Shown: positions 27,392-37,751, counted from the first letter of the stretch. The stretch: 60,134 nt of DNA from Odoribacter splanchnicus (GCA_963623435.1 CAVFMG010000001.1:1-60134); one strand, 5' to 3'. Translations and numbers: made by a program. The notes: a model not told the origin generated them from the sequence alone.

Positions 27392-29509
27392 ATGGCATAT
27401 AAAATCCGGACAGAGGGAAGCGTTTATCTGAATAAAGAAAAAGGGATCCGGCTGGAATTTGCACCGGATCCGGAAGAGGCGAAGATCGTCTATGAGCAGA
27501 GGGGTACAGAGGGAAAGCTCTCTGATTTTAAGATTGCCAAGGTGACGAAACAGGTAAGGAAATTCCTCCTGCTATTATTGTCATATCCCGGAAAGCCATT
27601 GGACAACGTAGGTCTTTGCGAGGCACTGGATACGGTACGTGCGAATACGGATGGTGCCTGCAGGGAGAATGCAAGATATGCCAGGAAACTTTTGAATCAA
27701 TGCATTAACGACGATGAGGATGCGAATGAGGGAGTGCCGCAGATCGAAGGGAGTAGAGTAATTGCCGGATATGGTGTCCATACCATCAAACTGCCGGAAG
27801 AAATCGCAGCGGCAAAGACCTGGGTGGATGAGTGTCCGGAGGGGCTTGATCTGGCGAAGAATTACTGGAGACAGTATTCTGTGGTTCGTCCGTATAAAAA
27901 TGTGGGGCGCGGAGGATATCAGGACAATATCACTTTCCATGAGGTGTATCGTATTCCTAAGCTGCAGCCGGATACTTTTGAAGCAGGCAAAACATGGTGG
28001 ATGAGTGAGCTTGTGGGAAAGGGGAACCTGGTCTATGTGGAAGCACCCAACGGCTATGGAAAATCCACGCTGTTACAGGGGATTTTGCTGTCCAGTCTGT
28101 ATGGCTGCCAGAGATTATCAGAGAGTGGTTCTGCGGCGGAAAGCGCTCTGAAAATGTATGAAGAGCTGGCAAAATTCCATAAATTGCCGGAGGGGGCACT
28201 GGTGCTGTTACTACAGGCGGAAGATTTAGACTGTACGGGCGGAGACGGTATCGAATGCCTCTATGCGTCGAATCCGCTGCATAAGACCTACGATTACTCA
28301 CAATTTGAGGAAATTGTGAGTGATTTTAATGCGAAGAGAAAACTGTTTGTATTGATCGACGGTTATGATGAAGCAGAGCCGGAGAAACAGGAGCAGGTGG
28401 TAGAATGGATCGAGCGGGTGAGCGATGCGGAGAGCCAACGGGATACCTGCGGAAAAGCAGTGTTCCTGATTGCAGGACGACCTCTCTACGAAGGGGAAGG
28501 GCAGAATCCTATCCTGGGCAGCAGACTGCAGGTGCAAAGATGGCATCTGGCACCGCTGGACCCTGCGGAAGATGCAGAAGGAATCGAGCAGTTATTGACG
28601 AAGTATGTCGGACAACTGCGGAACCGAAAGCCGGATACCGTGGAGCGGACGAAGGAGCGTATCCGGTCGAACCCTTACCTGCGCAGGCTGCCCGTGACGC
28701 CTTTTATTCTGGTGAAGCTGGTGGAGGATTGCAGCTGTAGTAATCTGGCACCCCATGAGATCATTGACAGAGTCATTGATCAGCTTATGAAACGACAGAA
28801 ACGTTTCGGACTGAAGCAGCAGGAATTGTTTTCCTATAAGCTTCTGCACGAGGAACTGGCATATAAGATGCTGTCCTGTGGGGAAGAAGGGGTGGATTAC
28901 GACTATTTCTGCCGCTACGAGCGCAGCTGTTATGACCGGGTGGATGCCTATTTTTCTAAAAAATGGGGAACGGAACTGAAGACGATTACCCCGGAGGATA
29001 TTTTCACCATCACGGGTCTGTTACAGGAAGATGCCGAAGGCAGAGTTGGATTCTTATGTTCGTATGTATTGATAAGGGAATTTGCCGCGAGGAAGCTGAC
29101 CCGCCTGATGGAAGGGGAAACCTGCGAGGTTTTACTTGCGCAGCTAAACGAGATTCCCTGCGAGTATCGTTATGAGCTTCTGACCATGTCCATGGTGCAG
29201 CTGATGAAAAATGACTGTTATTGTTATGGAGGGTATTTTTTCCATGGCTTGTCTCCGTATGAAAAAGAGGATGCCCTGACGGTGTTTGAAAATTATATGC
29301 TGGATCGTTACGCGCAGAGCAATGATGTATCGGAAAAAGAAGCGATCAGCAAAGCCGTCGCGCTGCTTCTCTCCAATGCTTACGGAAATATTCCTCTGAC
29401 AAACGTTAATAATAGTGCAGGGGAAGAACAGGATATGAAGATGCGAAAGGCACTGCAACAGATCCTACAGGAGACCCCGCCCACGGAAGAAGGGGAGAAT
29501 AGCCTATGA
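27392..29509 (+). CDS. NACHT/STAND NTPase with putative N-terminal winged-helix domain
   Basis: VTKQVRKFLLLLLSYPGKPL (OmpR-like wHTH), Walker A APNGYGKST, Walker B VLIDGYDE, IAGR, TPF. Confidence 0.72.
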   Translation: MAYKIRTEGSVYLNKEKGIRLEFAPDPEEAKIVYEQRGTEGKLSDFKIAKVTKQVRKFLLLLLSYPGKPLDNVGLCEALDTVRANTDGACRENARYARKLLNQCINDDEDANEGVPQIEGSRVIAGYGVHTIKLPEEIAAAKTWVDECPEGLDLAKNYWRQYSVVRPYKNVGRGGYQDNITFHEVYRIPKLQPDTFEAGKTWWMSELVGKGNLVYVEAPNGYGKSTLLQGILLSSLYGCQRLSESGSAAESALKMYEELAKFHKLPEGALVLLLQAEDLDCTGGDGIECLYASNPLHKTYDYSQFEEIVSDFNAKRKLFVLIDGYDEAEPEKQEQVVEWIERVSDAESQRDTCGKAVFLIAGRPLYEGEGQNPILGSRLQVQRWHLAPLDPAEDAEGIEQLLTKYVGQLRNRKPDTVERTKERIRSNPYLRRLPVTPFILVKLVEDCSCSNLAPHEIIDRVIDQLMKRQKRFGLKQQELFSYKLLHEELAYKMLSCGEEGVDYDYFCRYERSCYDRVDAYFSKKWGTELKTITPEDIFTITGLLQEDAEGRVGFLCSYVLIREFAARKLTRLMEGETCEVLLAQLNEIPCEYRYELLTMSMVQLMKNDCYCYGGYFFHGLSPYEKEDALTVFENYMLDRYAQSNDVSEKEAISKAVALLLSNAYGNIPLTNVNNSAGEEQDMKMRKALQQILQETPPTEEGENSL

Positions 29510-31854
29510 GTATGGGATATTATTTGCAGAAGCTGATAGAGAAGTGCAATAAATTTGATATCGATGAGATTCCTGCGGCTGCGGGGCTGGAGTTCGACGA
29601 AGAACTGACGCTGGATCAGATCTATGTGGATTACACGACATTTTTGGGAATGTCGGATCTGCAGAAGACTCTCCTGATGGACAGACTGCCGCTCAGAGAG
29701 GATGAAGTTCCGGTGGTGATGCTGACGGCACCTGCGGGAGGCGGGAAAACAGTGTTACTGAAACGTTGTGCCACTGCGCTTGCAGAGGATAATCTGTTTG
29801 GAACTGCAGCAGCACCGGAAGAGATAGAAGGATCAAGATTATCAGCAATGCCTACATTGCTAGAGGATATTTTCCACAATCGGGTGGTCTCCGGCAGATA
29901 TTTGCCGGTCTGGATCTCGCCGGAAGAGATAGAAGATCTTGAAAATGTGAATCTGCAGGAGATTATGCAGGCAGCAATGACTAAGATCGCTCCGGGGATG
30001 ACATTGCCGGAAGAGGGCAGTTGGACTTATGTGCTCTTGGTGGATGGAATGGAAAAGTTCCGGAATGCAGAACTCAGAGACCGCTTTTTCTATCTTCTGA
30101 TAGAATTTTACAGAGAGCACCGGGATGCCATTTTTCTTATGTCTGCGAGAACGGAAGACTATGAAGATCTCTGCGACGATATCTATCTGAAACCATTAAA
30201 GGCATGGAGAGAGCGTGTTGTTTTTGCGGAGATTAAGATTCCGGGACTGTTTGGGCAATGGGCGTTTGAAGATATTATCAGATTATTTGCATGCAAATGG
30301 CTGCGAATCCTGAATCCGCACGGTGCCAGCAGCTTGAAAGTCATAAAGGATGCAGGGAAAATTGCGGAAGACTTGCGTCGGACAGGGTTGAAAGACTTTT
30401 TAAACACACCGTTTGAGATCACCAACTGGCTCTTACTGTATCTGCGGGATAATTGTCTTCCGGAAAACGAGAGCGCTATCGCAGCCAGAGAAATAGGGTT
30501 ACTGTTGGAGAGAAAACGATCTGACAAATATCACATTCTCGATGTAAAACGGCATCTGGCAAGAATTGCGTATGCGGCATCCAGGCATTCTATGCATTAT
30601 CGTCATCCGATGATGGATTTTAAAGAAATATATAAGACGGATACGATGGACCGAGATTCGCTGCGGGATATTATTTACCGGACGGACTGCGATCTGGGGC
30701 GCTATTTTGAGTACCGACAGGATACTACCGTAGAGGCAATAGATGAGTTCATAAAATATCTGGTGAGTACCGGAATTTTGTGCCGACCGGGAGGAATGAT
30801 GAGCGGGGGATATACTTTCAGCAATTACCGGTATCAGGTATATCTGACGGTCTTCTGCCTGACGCAGAACCTGTTTACACGGGAGGAAAGCCGGGATCCG
30901 GCAATGCACATTATATATTATTCCGGGTTTAAAAAGTGGACCGGAAGCAATGAACTCTGGAGACGGATCATTTTAAGCCTGGCAGAACAGAATACGGAAT
31001 TGCGGAACCATGTGATACAGGCAGCTTTATATGTCGCAGGTTCAAAATATTGGGATGTGTTTCCTCTCGATTGTCTGCTGGATTTGTTGGCTAGATACGG
31101 TATGGCGGTTACGGAGGAAGCATACCGGGACAGCTGCCAGATGCTGTGTATCCGGACGGAGGTCGAAAATGACCTTCATAAGCAGGATGTAGAGGACAGA
31201 CGGAAGCTTCTGTCGGAGAAAATTTACGAAATTTACAGCATCATACACAATAACAGCAGAGAACGGAACGAATATCTGCTAAAGTGTATTACGGAAGGAT
31301 ATGACAGGTGTGCTTCGGAGGAAGAGCGGCAGAAGTTTTCGGAGTATGCAGTACAAGTGTCGGAATTTCTGAAGAATACCCTGGAATTACAGGAAATTGA
31401 CGAGGCGATGGGGATGCATCAGGAGAAATGGGAGAAGATCGAGAAAGCCCTCGAAAGCGACGGCACGGAATTTACCGTCTGCGGGTATCTCTACAAAATA
31501 CTGAAAGAGGAATGCACGAAGGAGGAAAGACAGCTGTTTTTGCAGCAGCTGATCGAACTGGATCTCATACAGACCAGAGAGAAGGAATACACTGCTTTCA
31601 ACGAGAAGGATCTGGAAGATTTAACATGCTGGAGCATCGGCTACAAGGTAGAACAGAAGATGCAGCAGTTGAAAAAGACAAATCCCCCGGAGAACTTCTA
31701 TGCGGAACTGGAGGAATTCCTGTTTGAAAACAGTGAGCTTGACACCGAGAGAGCTCAGAGCATTGCCCTGTATCTCTGTCTGACTTATGAAGAAGAGCCT
31801 GCCTTGGAGGAGCTGGAATCATTTAAAAGGCTGGCAGATAAATTCGGGCTGTAA
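29506..31854 (+). CDS. Second NACHT/STAND NTPase, translationally coupled
   Basis: LDQIYV, APAGGGKT, LLVDGMEK, MSAR, NTPF, LARIAY, YTF..YQVYL; ATGA overlap. Confidence 0.75.
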   Translation: MSMGYYLQKLIEKCNKFDIDEIPAAAGLEFDEELTLDQIYVDYTTFLGMSDLQKTLLMDRLPLREDEVPVVMLTAPAGGGKTVLLKRCATALAEDNLFGTAAAPEEIEGSRLSAMPTLLEDIFHNRVVSGRYLPVWISPEEIEDLENVNLQEIMQAAMTKIAPGMTLPEEGSWTYVLLVDGMEKFRNAELRDRFFYLLIEFYREHRDAIFLMSARTEDYEDLCDDIYLKPLKAWRERVVFAEIKIPGLFGQWAFEDIIRLFACKWLRILNPHGASSLKVIKDAGKIAEDLRRTGLKDFLNTPFEITNWLLLYLRDNCLPENESAIAAREIGLLLERKRSDKYHILDVKRHLARIAYAASRHSMHYRHPMMDFKEIYKTDTMDRDSLRDIIYRTDCDLGRYFEYRQDTTVEAIDEFIKYLVSTGILCRPGGMMSGGYTFSNYRYQVYLTVFCLTQNLFTREESRDPAMHIIYYSGFKKWTGSNELWRRIILSLAEQNTELRNHVIQAALYVAGSKYWDVFPLDCLLDLLARYGMAVTEEAYRDSCQMLCIRTEVENDLHKQDVEDRRKLLSEKIYEIYSIIHNNSRERNEYLLKCITEGYDRCASEEERQKFSEYAVQVSEFLKNTLELQEIDEAMGMHQEKWEKIEKALESDGTEFTVCGYLYKILKEECTKEERQLFLQQLIELDLIQTREKEYTAFNEKDLEDLTCWSIGYKVEQKMQQLKKTNPPENFYAELEEFLFENSELDTERAQSIALYLCLTYEEEPALEELESFKRLADKFGL

Positions 31855-32495
31855 AGAGGTGTCATAACCGGGGTGAAGCCAGGAGCCAGATTATAATAGT
31901 ACTTTTCCATAATCTGAAGGTAATGCGCAGATTTTTCAGCATCAATTCCCAACATCTGTAACTGCATTTTCATATAATATTCCACGACAGTTCGGTGGGG
32001 AATGTCAAAGCCCTCTGCATCGAAGCGACTGACCAGAGCAGGTTTAATGGCCATAATACCCAGGCAATTCAGCTTGGCAAAATTTTTATCTGCATAGATA
32101 TCCGAATGGCGATTCACAATATCCATGATTATTTTACCAATATTATTATGGAACACCGGTTCCGATGACAGGGTAAAATAGAAATTACCAAAGGCTTTGC
32201 ATTCCAAAGCAAGATAAAGCTCTATGGCACTGGACAGAATAAAGAATTCCTCCCGGCTCAGAGTAGGCTCGTATTTTTTTAAAAGGATATCAAAGGAGGA
32301 ACGGATGTCGGAGTAAATGAGCATGGCAATACCGGCCTTATTTTCAAAATAATAATTCATAAGACCGATATTGGTTCCTGTTTTTTCGGAAATTTGGCGT
32401 AAACTGGTCTCGGCATACCCCTGTTCGTAAAATAAAAAACGGGCATTCGTAATGATACGCTGTTTTGTTTCTTCACCTTTTGCTGTACTTGCCAT
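31785..32495 (-). CDS. TetR/AcrR family regulator
   Basis: TKQRII..A..LFYEQGYAETSLRQI..G..G..YYFENK. Confidence 0.9.
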   Translation of the reverse strand: MASTAKGEETKQRIITNARFLFYEQGYAETSLRQISEKTGTNIGLMNYYFENKAGIAMLIYSDIRSSFDILLKKYEPTLSREEFFILSSAIELYLALECKAFGNFYFTLSSEPVFHNNIGKIIMDIVNRHSDIYADKNFAKLNCLGIMAIKPALVSRFDAEGFDIPHRTVVEYYMKMQLQMLGIDAEKSAHYLQIMEKYYYNLAPGFTPVMTPLYSPNLSASLLNDSSSSKAGSSS

Positions 32496-32512
32496 GCGCA
32501 GTCTCCTTGATG

Positions 32513-33526
32513 CTATTTCATCCCATTGATTACACTGACCGGTTTGCCTTCGAGATAGCTTCTGTAGTTTTCAACAGCCAGAGAAGCCTGCCGCAGGCGT
32601 GCTGTCTTCGGAAGCCAGGCAATATGACCGGTAATGGTGGTATTGGGCAGAGTGAGCAGCTCGTTTGGCTTGGTAGGCGGCTCCTCTACCATGGTATCCA
32701 GACCGGCAGCGTACACTTTGCCACTTTTCAGTGCTTCGATCAGAGCATTCTCATCTACCAATTTTCCGCGTGCCGTATTTATTAGAATAACACCATCTTT
32801 CATTTTTGAAAATGCTTTTTGGTCAATTATATTTTCAGTTGAAGCATTTAAAGGTGCATGGAGGGAAATGACGTCAGAGCGGGAGAGAAGTTCGTCAAAG
32901 GATACCTGCTCGATGAAGTCATATTCCGGACCTTCTTTTTTGTGCCGGCTGTAAGCGATTATTTTCATACCGAAGCCACGACCGATCAGGGCTGTGTGAT
33001 AACCTATTTTGCCAAGTCCGAAGATTCCCAGGGTCATATCTCTTAATTCCAGCTGCTTTGTGAGAGCATACATATATTTCGGATGATCCGGCTGTAACCA
33101 GTCAGTTTTCTTAATATAATCGCTGTGCTGCCCTATTTTATGACAAATGTCCATCAGTAATGCAAAAGCAAATTCTGCGATTGTACTGTCTCCGTAGGCG
33201 GTATTCGTAATTGTGACACCGTAGCTGCGGGTCATCTCCCAGTCCAGCTGCTCATAACCATGGGCACCGCCTGCAATGTATTTACAATTAGGATGCGTTT
33301 CAAAAAAGTGTTTGTTAATAAACCGGCTGGTGATCCAGCAGCCCAGGACGGCGTCACAGTCTGCATCAATCATTTCATTAAATTCATCCTCGGTCGGCCA
33401 GCCCTTGGTTCTTTTTATTTCATATTCCACACCGGGAATGGTGTTTAACAGAGCCCACTGGTTTAGCATATCTTCGGTTGTAATATCTGTACTGGTAGGA
33501 TTTCCTAATAGAACATTTACCTTCAT
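32513..33526 (-). CDS. D-isomer-specific 2-hydroxyacid dehydrogenase
   Basis: GLGKIG, SDVISLHAP, INTARG, AGLD..EEP, TGHIAW. Confidence 0.92.
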   Translation of the reverse strand: MKVNVLLGNPTSTDITTEDMLNQWALLNTIPGVEYEIKRTKGWPTEDEFNEMIDADCDAVLGCWITSRFINKHFFETHPNCKYIAGGAHGYEQLDWEMTRSYGVTITNTAYGDSTIAEFAFALLMDICHKIGQHSDYIKKTDWLQPDHPKYMYALTKQLELRDMTLGIFGLGKIGYHTALIGRGFGMKIIAYSRHKKEGPEYDFIEQVSFDELLSRSDVISLHAPLNASTENIIDQKAFSKMKDGVILINTARGKLVDENALIEALKSGKVYAAGLDTMVEEPPTKPNELLTLPNTTITGHIAWLPKTARLRQASLAVENYRSYLEGKPVSVINGMK

Positions 33527-33552
33527 TAATGTAGCCCTCCTTGTTTTCTTTG

Positions 33553-33595
33553 GTAACTATTCTGAGACACGTAAAACTGCGCTCTGGATAGTTAT
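33553..33595. repeat. Degenerate, internally deleted copy of the palindromic element
   Basis: GTAACTATTCTGA..TAAAACTGC..GCTCTGGATAGTTAT. Confidence 0.55.
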
Positions 33596-33667
33596 GTTAA
33601 TTAGAATCTGCACAATTAATTAATGATGTTGTATTCAAAAACTCTGACTAAAGCATCATTAAAGAAA

Positions 33668-33696
33668 AGTATAAATTATACGCGTATAAATGTCAA
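33668..33696 (-). promoter_or_regulatory. sigmaA promoter with palindromic operator TTATACGCGTATAA
   Basis: TTGACA(33696-33691)-17-TATACT; perfect palindrome 33676-33689 in the spacer. Confidence 0.75.
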
Positions 33697-33802
33697 TACG
33701 GCAAAAAAGGTCAAATATATCAAAAAAGCACCAAATGAACATACGGTAGAATAAGCAAAAATATGAATAATGCACAAAAATAGAAATCTACCGATGTTTT
33801 TA

Positions 33803-33831
33803 TTGACAATACAAAATTACACACATATAAT
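33803..33831 (+). promoter_or_regulatory. Consensus sigmaA promoter with related operator TTACACACATATAA
   Basis: TTGACA-17-TATAAT; 33817-33830 matches the palindrome at 11 of 14 positions. Confidence 0.8.
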
Positions 33832-33863
33832 AACCGTAAACTTACAGGAAAGGAGATTACGAT

Positions 33864-35261
33864 GTGAATGCTGAAGAACGAGTAAAGAATATGGGAACAG
33901 CAAAGCTTCTGCCGTTGATCATGGTAATGTCTGTTCCGGCAATCTGTGGAAATGTTGTTAACGCATTATATAATATTGTGGATAGAATTTTCGTAGGCAG
34001 AATTGTCGGAAGCACAGCGTTGGGAGCAGTAGGTGTCATGTTTCCGCTGAATAACATTACGGCTGCACTTACCGTCCTGATGAGTATTGGCGGCGGTGCA
34101 CTGATCTCTCTTTCCTTAGGAAGACAGGAGAAGGACAAGGCTGACAGAGTTTTTACTAATATTATTATTTTTTCATTGATTATTGCAGTTTTAATATCCG
34201 GCAGCTTTTTCTTTTTTGCAGAGCAGTTGATTCAGCTGTGTGGAGCAGATCAGACATCAGCCTTATATGATATGGCTGTCAGCTACCTCAGGATTATAGC
34301 AATCGGTCAGCTCTTCAGTATCCCGAACCTGGCTATGGCAGCCTGCATCAGGGCTGAGGGAGATACCAAATACAGTATGATTGTTACGATGACAGGTGCA
34401 GTGATAAATGGCGGAATGGATGCACTATTTATGCTGGGATTTCACTGGGGAGTGGAAGGAGCAGCATCTGCTACTGTCCTGAGTCAGATCATTAGCTGCG
34501 GATTAAGTCTCAGGTATCATCTCAAGCATATAGGTGTATTAAGATGGCAGGGCTTCAAGGCTTTTGATTACAGGCTGATTCTGAAAGTGATTTCACTGGG
34601 GATTGCACCTGCAGTGTATCAGGGCTTAAGCTTTATGAATAACACACTGGTAAATCATTCCTGCATGAAATATGCCAATGCTGAGTTGGGCGTAGGCGGA
34701 GGTGATATGGCGATTTCAGCCGTATCTGTAATTCATACCGTCGAGAATCTGGCAACTATGTTTATCATGGGAATGAACAATGCAATATCCACAATTATCA
34801 GTTATAATTACGGACTGAAGCAGTATGGAAGAACAAAACAGGCGGCCTTGACCGGGCAGGCTATCGCTACCGGAGTATCAGTCCTGTTATGGTCACTGAT
34901 GATGTTTGTTCCCGGCGCCTTATTCAGGATTTTTAATGATGATCCGGCACTTATCTCCTATGGAGAGATGGCAATGAGGTTAGGCAAGCTGTTCATTTTT
35001 GGATTAGGTTTCCAGACGTTATCATCCATGTATTATTCCGCAATTGGAAAACCCAGACGCGCACTGTTTATCTCCATCAGCAGAAACGGATTATTCTTGA
35101 TACCAGCACTTCTGATTCTTCCAAAGTTCTTGGGGCTGAACGGAGTATTAGTAAGCACCAGCGTTTCCGATGCACTTTCACTGATCGTTGTGTCGATCCT
35201 TTACTGGACGGGCATACATGATTTATCCAAAAAGGAAGAGTTGCAAAGGCAAAACGGCTGA
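33864..35261 (+). CDS. MATE family efflux transporter (MepA-like)
   Basis: ALYNIVDRIFVG, IRAEG, GVEGAASATVLSQ, SYNYG. Confidence 0.92.
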   Translation: MNAEERVKNMGTAKLLPLIMVMSVPAICGNVVNALYNIVDRIFVGRIVGSTALGAVGVMFPLNNITAALTVLMSIGGGALISLSLGRQEKDKADRVFTNIIIFSLIIAVLISGSFFFFAEQLIQLCGADQTSALYDMAVSYLRIIAIGQLFSIPNLAMAACIRAEGDTKYSMIVTMTGAVINGGMDALFMLGFHWGVEGAASATVLSQIISCGLSLRYHLKHIGVLRWQGFKAFDYRLILKVISLGIAPAVYQGLSFMNNTLVNHSCMKYANAELGVGGGDMAISAVSVIHTVENLATMFIMGMNNAISTIISYNYGLKQYGRTKQAALTGQAIATGVSVLLWSLMMFVPGALFRIFNDDPALISYGEMAMRLGKLFIFGLGFQTLSSMYYSAIGKPRRALFISISRNGLFLIPALLILPKFLGLNGVLVSTSVSDALSLIVVSILYWTGIHDLSKKEELQRQNG

Positions 35262-35293
35262 CTGCATAGAGGTACAGAAAATAATATAGAAGA

Positions 35294-35339
35294 GAAACGA
35301 CAGCAACGGTGCTGACAGAACCGTTTGCTGTCGTTTTTT
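35294..35339 (+). terminator. Intrinsic terminator between MATE and oppB
   Basis: AAACGACAGCAACGGT..ACCGTTTGCTGTCGTTTTTT. Confidence 0.75.
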
Positions 35340-35354
35340 ATATGGAGGTGCAAA

Positions 35355-36275
35355 ATGATCAAATACGTTGTGAAAAGGCTTGCGATGGGAATTGTTACTT
35401 TGTTTTTCCTGGTTACGATTACTTTTTTCCTGACCAGACTGATGCCGGGCAGTCCGTTTGAAACGGATAATATATCTCCGACAATGCTTGCTTCACTGGA
35501 AGAACATTACGGACTGGATAAGCCGGTGGAAGAGCAATATGTGATTTACCTGAAGGAGTTGCTTCACGGAAGTCTTGGAATTTCTTACAAGAAAAGTAAT
35601 GTCAGTGTCAATGACCTGATCATAGACGGATTTCCGGTCACCCTAAAGCTGGGATTGATTTCCTTTGGTATTGCGCTGGTGGTTGGTACAGTGATCGGTA
35701 TCTGGATGTCCGTAACCAAATCCGAGGCGGTGAAGGGGTGGATCCTGACGGCTTCGACGGTATTTATCAGTATTCCGGGATTTGTTTTGGCAATTGTCAT
35801 GATGCTGGTATTCGGCTCCAAGCTTAAAGTGCTGCCGGTTCTGTTTGACGGATCCTTCAAGAGCTATATCATGCCGGTTACAGCACTGGCTGTATATCCA
35901 ATCGCAGAGATATCTAGACTGATCCATTCCAGCTATGATGAGGCTATGAATCAGGATTATGTGACGATGGCACGGGCGAAGGGGATCGGTAAAAGGAGAG
36001 TCAGATTCCTGCATGTATTAAAAAATGCGCTTCTCCCGCTGATTACTATCTGCGGACCGATGCTTGCCTTTCAGATTACAGGAAGCTTTGTCGTAGAAAG
36101 TGTTTTTACGATTCCGGGAATCGGCAAGGAATTTGTTAATTCCGTAAATAACAGAGATTATACCGTGATCATGGGACTGACGGTTTTCGTCGGAGCCATC
36201 ATTATAGTAGCCAATTTGCTGAGTGATATTGTCTGTGCAATGGTTGATCCGAGAATTAAGCTTGGAAAGAACTAA
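35355..36275 (+). CDS. oppB: Oligopeptide ABC permease
   Basis: MPGSPF, YGLDKP, EAA loop DYVTMARAKG, VESVFTIPGIG, DPRI. Confidence 0.9.
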   Translation: MIKYVVKRLAMGIVTLFFLVTITFFLTRLMPGSPFETDNISPTMLASLEEHYGLDKPVEEQYVIYLKELLHGSLGISYKKSNVSVNDLIIDGFPVTLKLGLISFGIALVVGTVIGIWMSVTKSEAVKGWILTASTVFISIPGFVLAIVMMLVFGSKLKVLPVLFDGSFKSYIMPVTALAVYPIAEISRLIHSSYDEAMNQDYVTMARAKGIGKRRVRFLHVLKNALLPLITICGPMLAFQITGSFVVESVFTIPGIGKEFVNSVNNRDYTVIMGLTVFVGAIIIVANLLSDIVCAMVDPRIKLGKN

Positions 36276-36286
36276 GGAGGAGAACT

Positions 36287-37198
36287 ATGCTGGCTAAAGC
36301 AGATTATTTCAAACCAATTGATCCTGCATTACAGAATGGAGAATTTATCGCAGTAGCACCGAGAGGCTTTTGGAGGGATGTATGGGACAGATTCAAGGTG
36401 AACAGGCGTGCGCTTGTCGGACTTGTGATACTCATCCTGATTATTCTGGCAGCAGCCATCGGACCGGTTCTTTCCCCGTATCCATATGATGGAATGGGTA
36501 CAGACATCAATAGCGGAATGAGCCTGAAGCATCTCTTTGGAACGGATGCACTTGGAAGAGATTTATTCACCAGATCGTTATATGGCGTCCGGATTTCCCT
36601 AATGGTAGGTTTCCTGACCACATTTATCAATATGCTGCTTGGCATTATTTACGGTGGAATCGCCGGATATGTCGGAGGCAAGGTAGATATGATAATGATG
36701 CGTGTGGTGGACGTGGTTTATGCGGTGCCTTCACTTCTGTATATTATTCTACTGATGCTGATTTTCGGATCTAACGTAGGAAGTATTATGTTGGGTATGT
36801 GTATTTCCGGATGGATCGGTACCTCCCGTATGATGCGTACGCAGGTAATTGCCCTGAAGGAAAGAGAATTTGCACTGGCTGCCTACACTGAAGGAGCTTC
36901 TGCATTTCGAATTCTGTTCAGACATATGTTTACCAACGCTTTGGGTCCCCTGCTGGTGGAGGCAACGATGGCGATTCCGCAGGCGATTTTCCAGGAAGCC
37001 TTCTTAAGCTTTATCGGAATGGGAATTTCCGCTCCGCAGGCCAGTCTTGGAACGCTGGCACAGGATGCCAAGATGTACATGACAGTATATCCTAATCAGA
37101 TGTTTTGTCCGGTGTCCATTATCTGCATCATAATTTTTGCATTGAATTTTATCAGTGAGGGGTTAAGTGAAGCCCTGGATCCGACCAAAAGACACTAG
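36287..37198 (+). CDS. oppC: Oligopeptide ABC permease
   Basis: HLFGTDALGRD, GVRISL, EREF..GAS..RIL, EAFLSFIG. Confidence 0.9.
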   Translation: MLAKADYFKPIDPALQNGEFIAVAPRGFWRDVWDRFKVNRRALVGLVILILIILAAAIGPVLSPYPYDGMGTDINSGMSLKHLFGTDALGRDLFTRSLYGVRISLMVGFLTTFINMLLGIIYGGIAGYVGGKVDMIMMRVVDVVYAVPSLLYIILLMLIFGSNVGSIMLGMCISGWIGTSRMMRTQVIALKEREFALAAYTEGASAFRILFRHMFTNALGPLLVEATMAIPQAIFQEAFLSFIGMGISAPQASLGTLAQDAKMYMTVYPNQMFCPVSIICIIIFALNFISEGLSEALDPTKRH

Positions 37199-37212
37199 AG
37201 GGAGGAATTAAG

Positions 37213-37751
37213 ATGGCACTGCTTGAGATTAAGAACTTATCGGTAGATTTTCAAACCAGAAATGGCGTTGTTCATGCAGTCAGAAATGTAAGCTACAGCC
37301 TTGATACAGGAGAAATGCTTGGTATTGTCGGTGAATCCGGCTCCGGGAAAAGTGTAGGAATGCTGGCACTTATGGGACTTCTGGCAAAAAACGGAAAGGT
37401 CGTATCCGGACAGATGCTTTTGGACGGTCGGGATATCAGTCCGCTGGCAGATGAGTTCAAGGGAAATGCGAAGGCATATGAGAAAGCCATGGAGGATATC
37501 CGTGGAGTGAAGATCGGAATGATTTTTCAGGATCCCATGACTTATTTGAATCCGGTTCTGAAGATCGGAACACAGATTACTGAGGGAATACTGAAGCATG
37601 ACAAATGCTCAAGAGAGGAAGCAAAGGACAGAGCAATTGCTCTAATGAAGCAGGTGGGTATTCCCAGTCCGGAGGATCGTTTTCATCAGTACCCCTTTGA
37701 ATTTTCCGGAGGAATGAGGCAGCGTATAGTTATTGCGATAGCACTTGCATG
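37213..37751 (+). pseudogene. oppD: Truncated oligopeptide ABC ATPase (ends before Walker B)
   Basis: GESGSGKS and YPFEFSGGMRQR..IALAC, then homology is lost; no LIADEPT. Confidence 0.85.
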
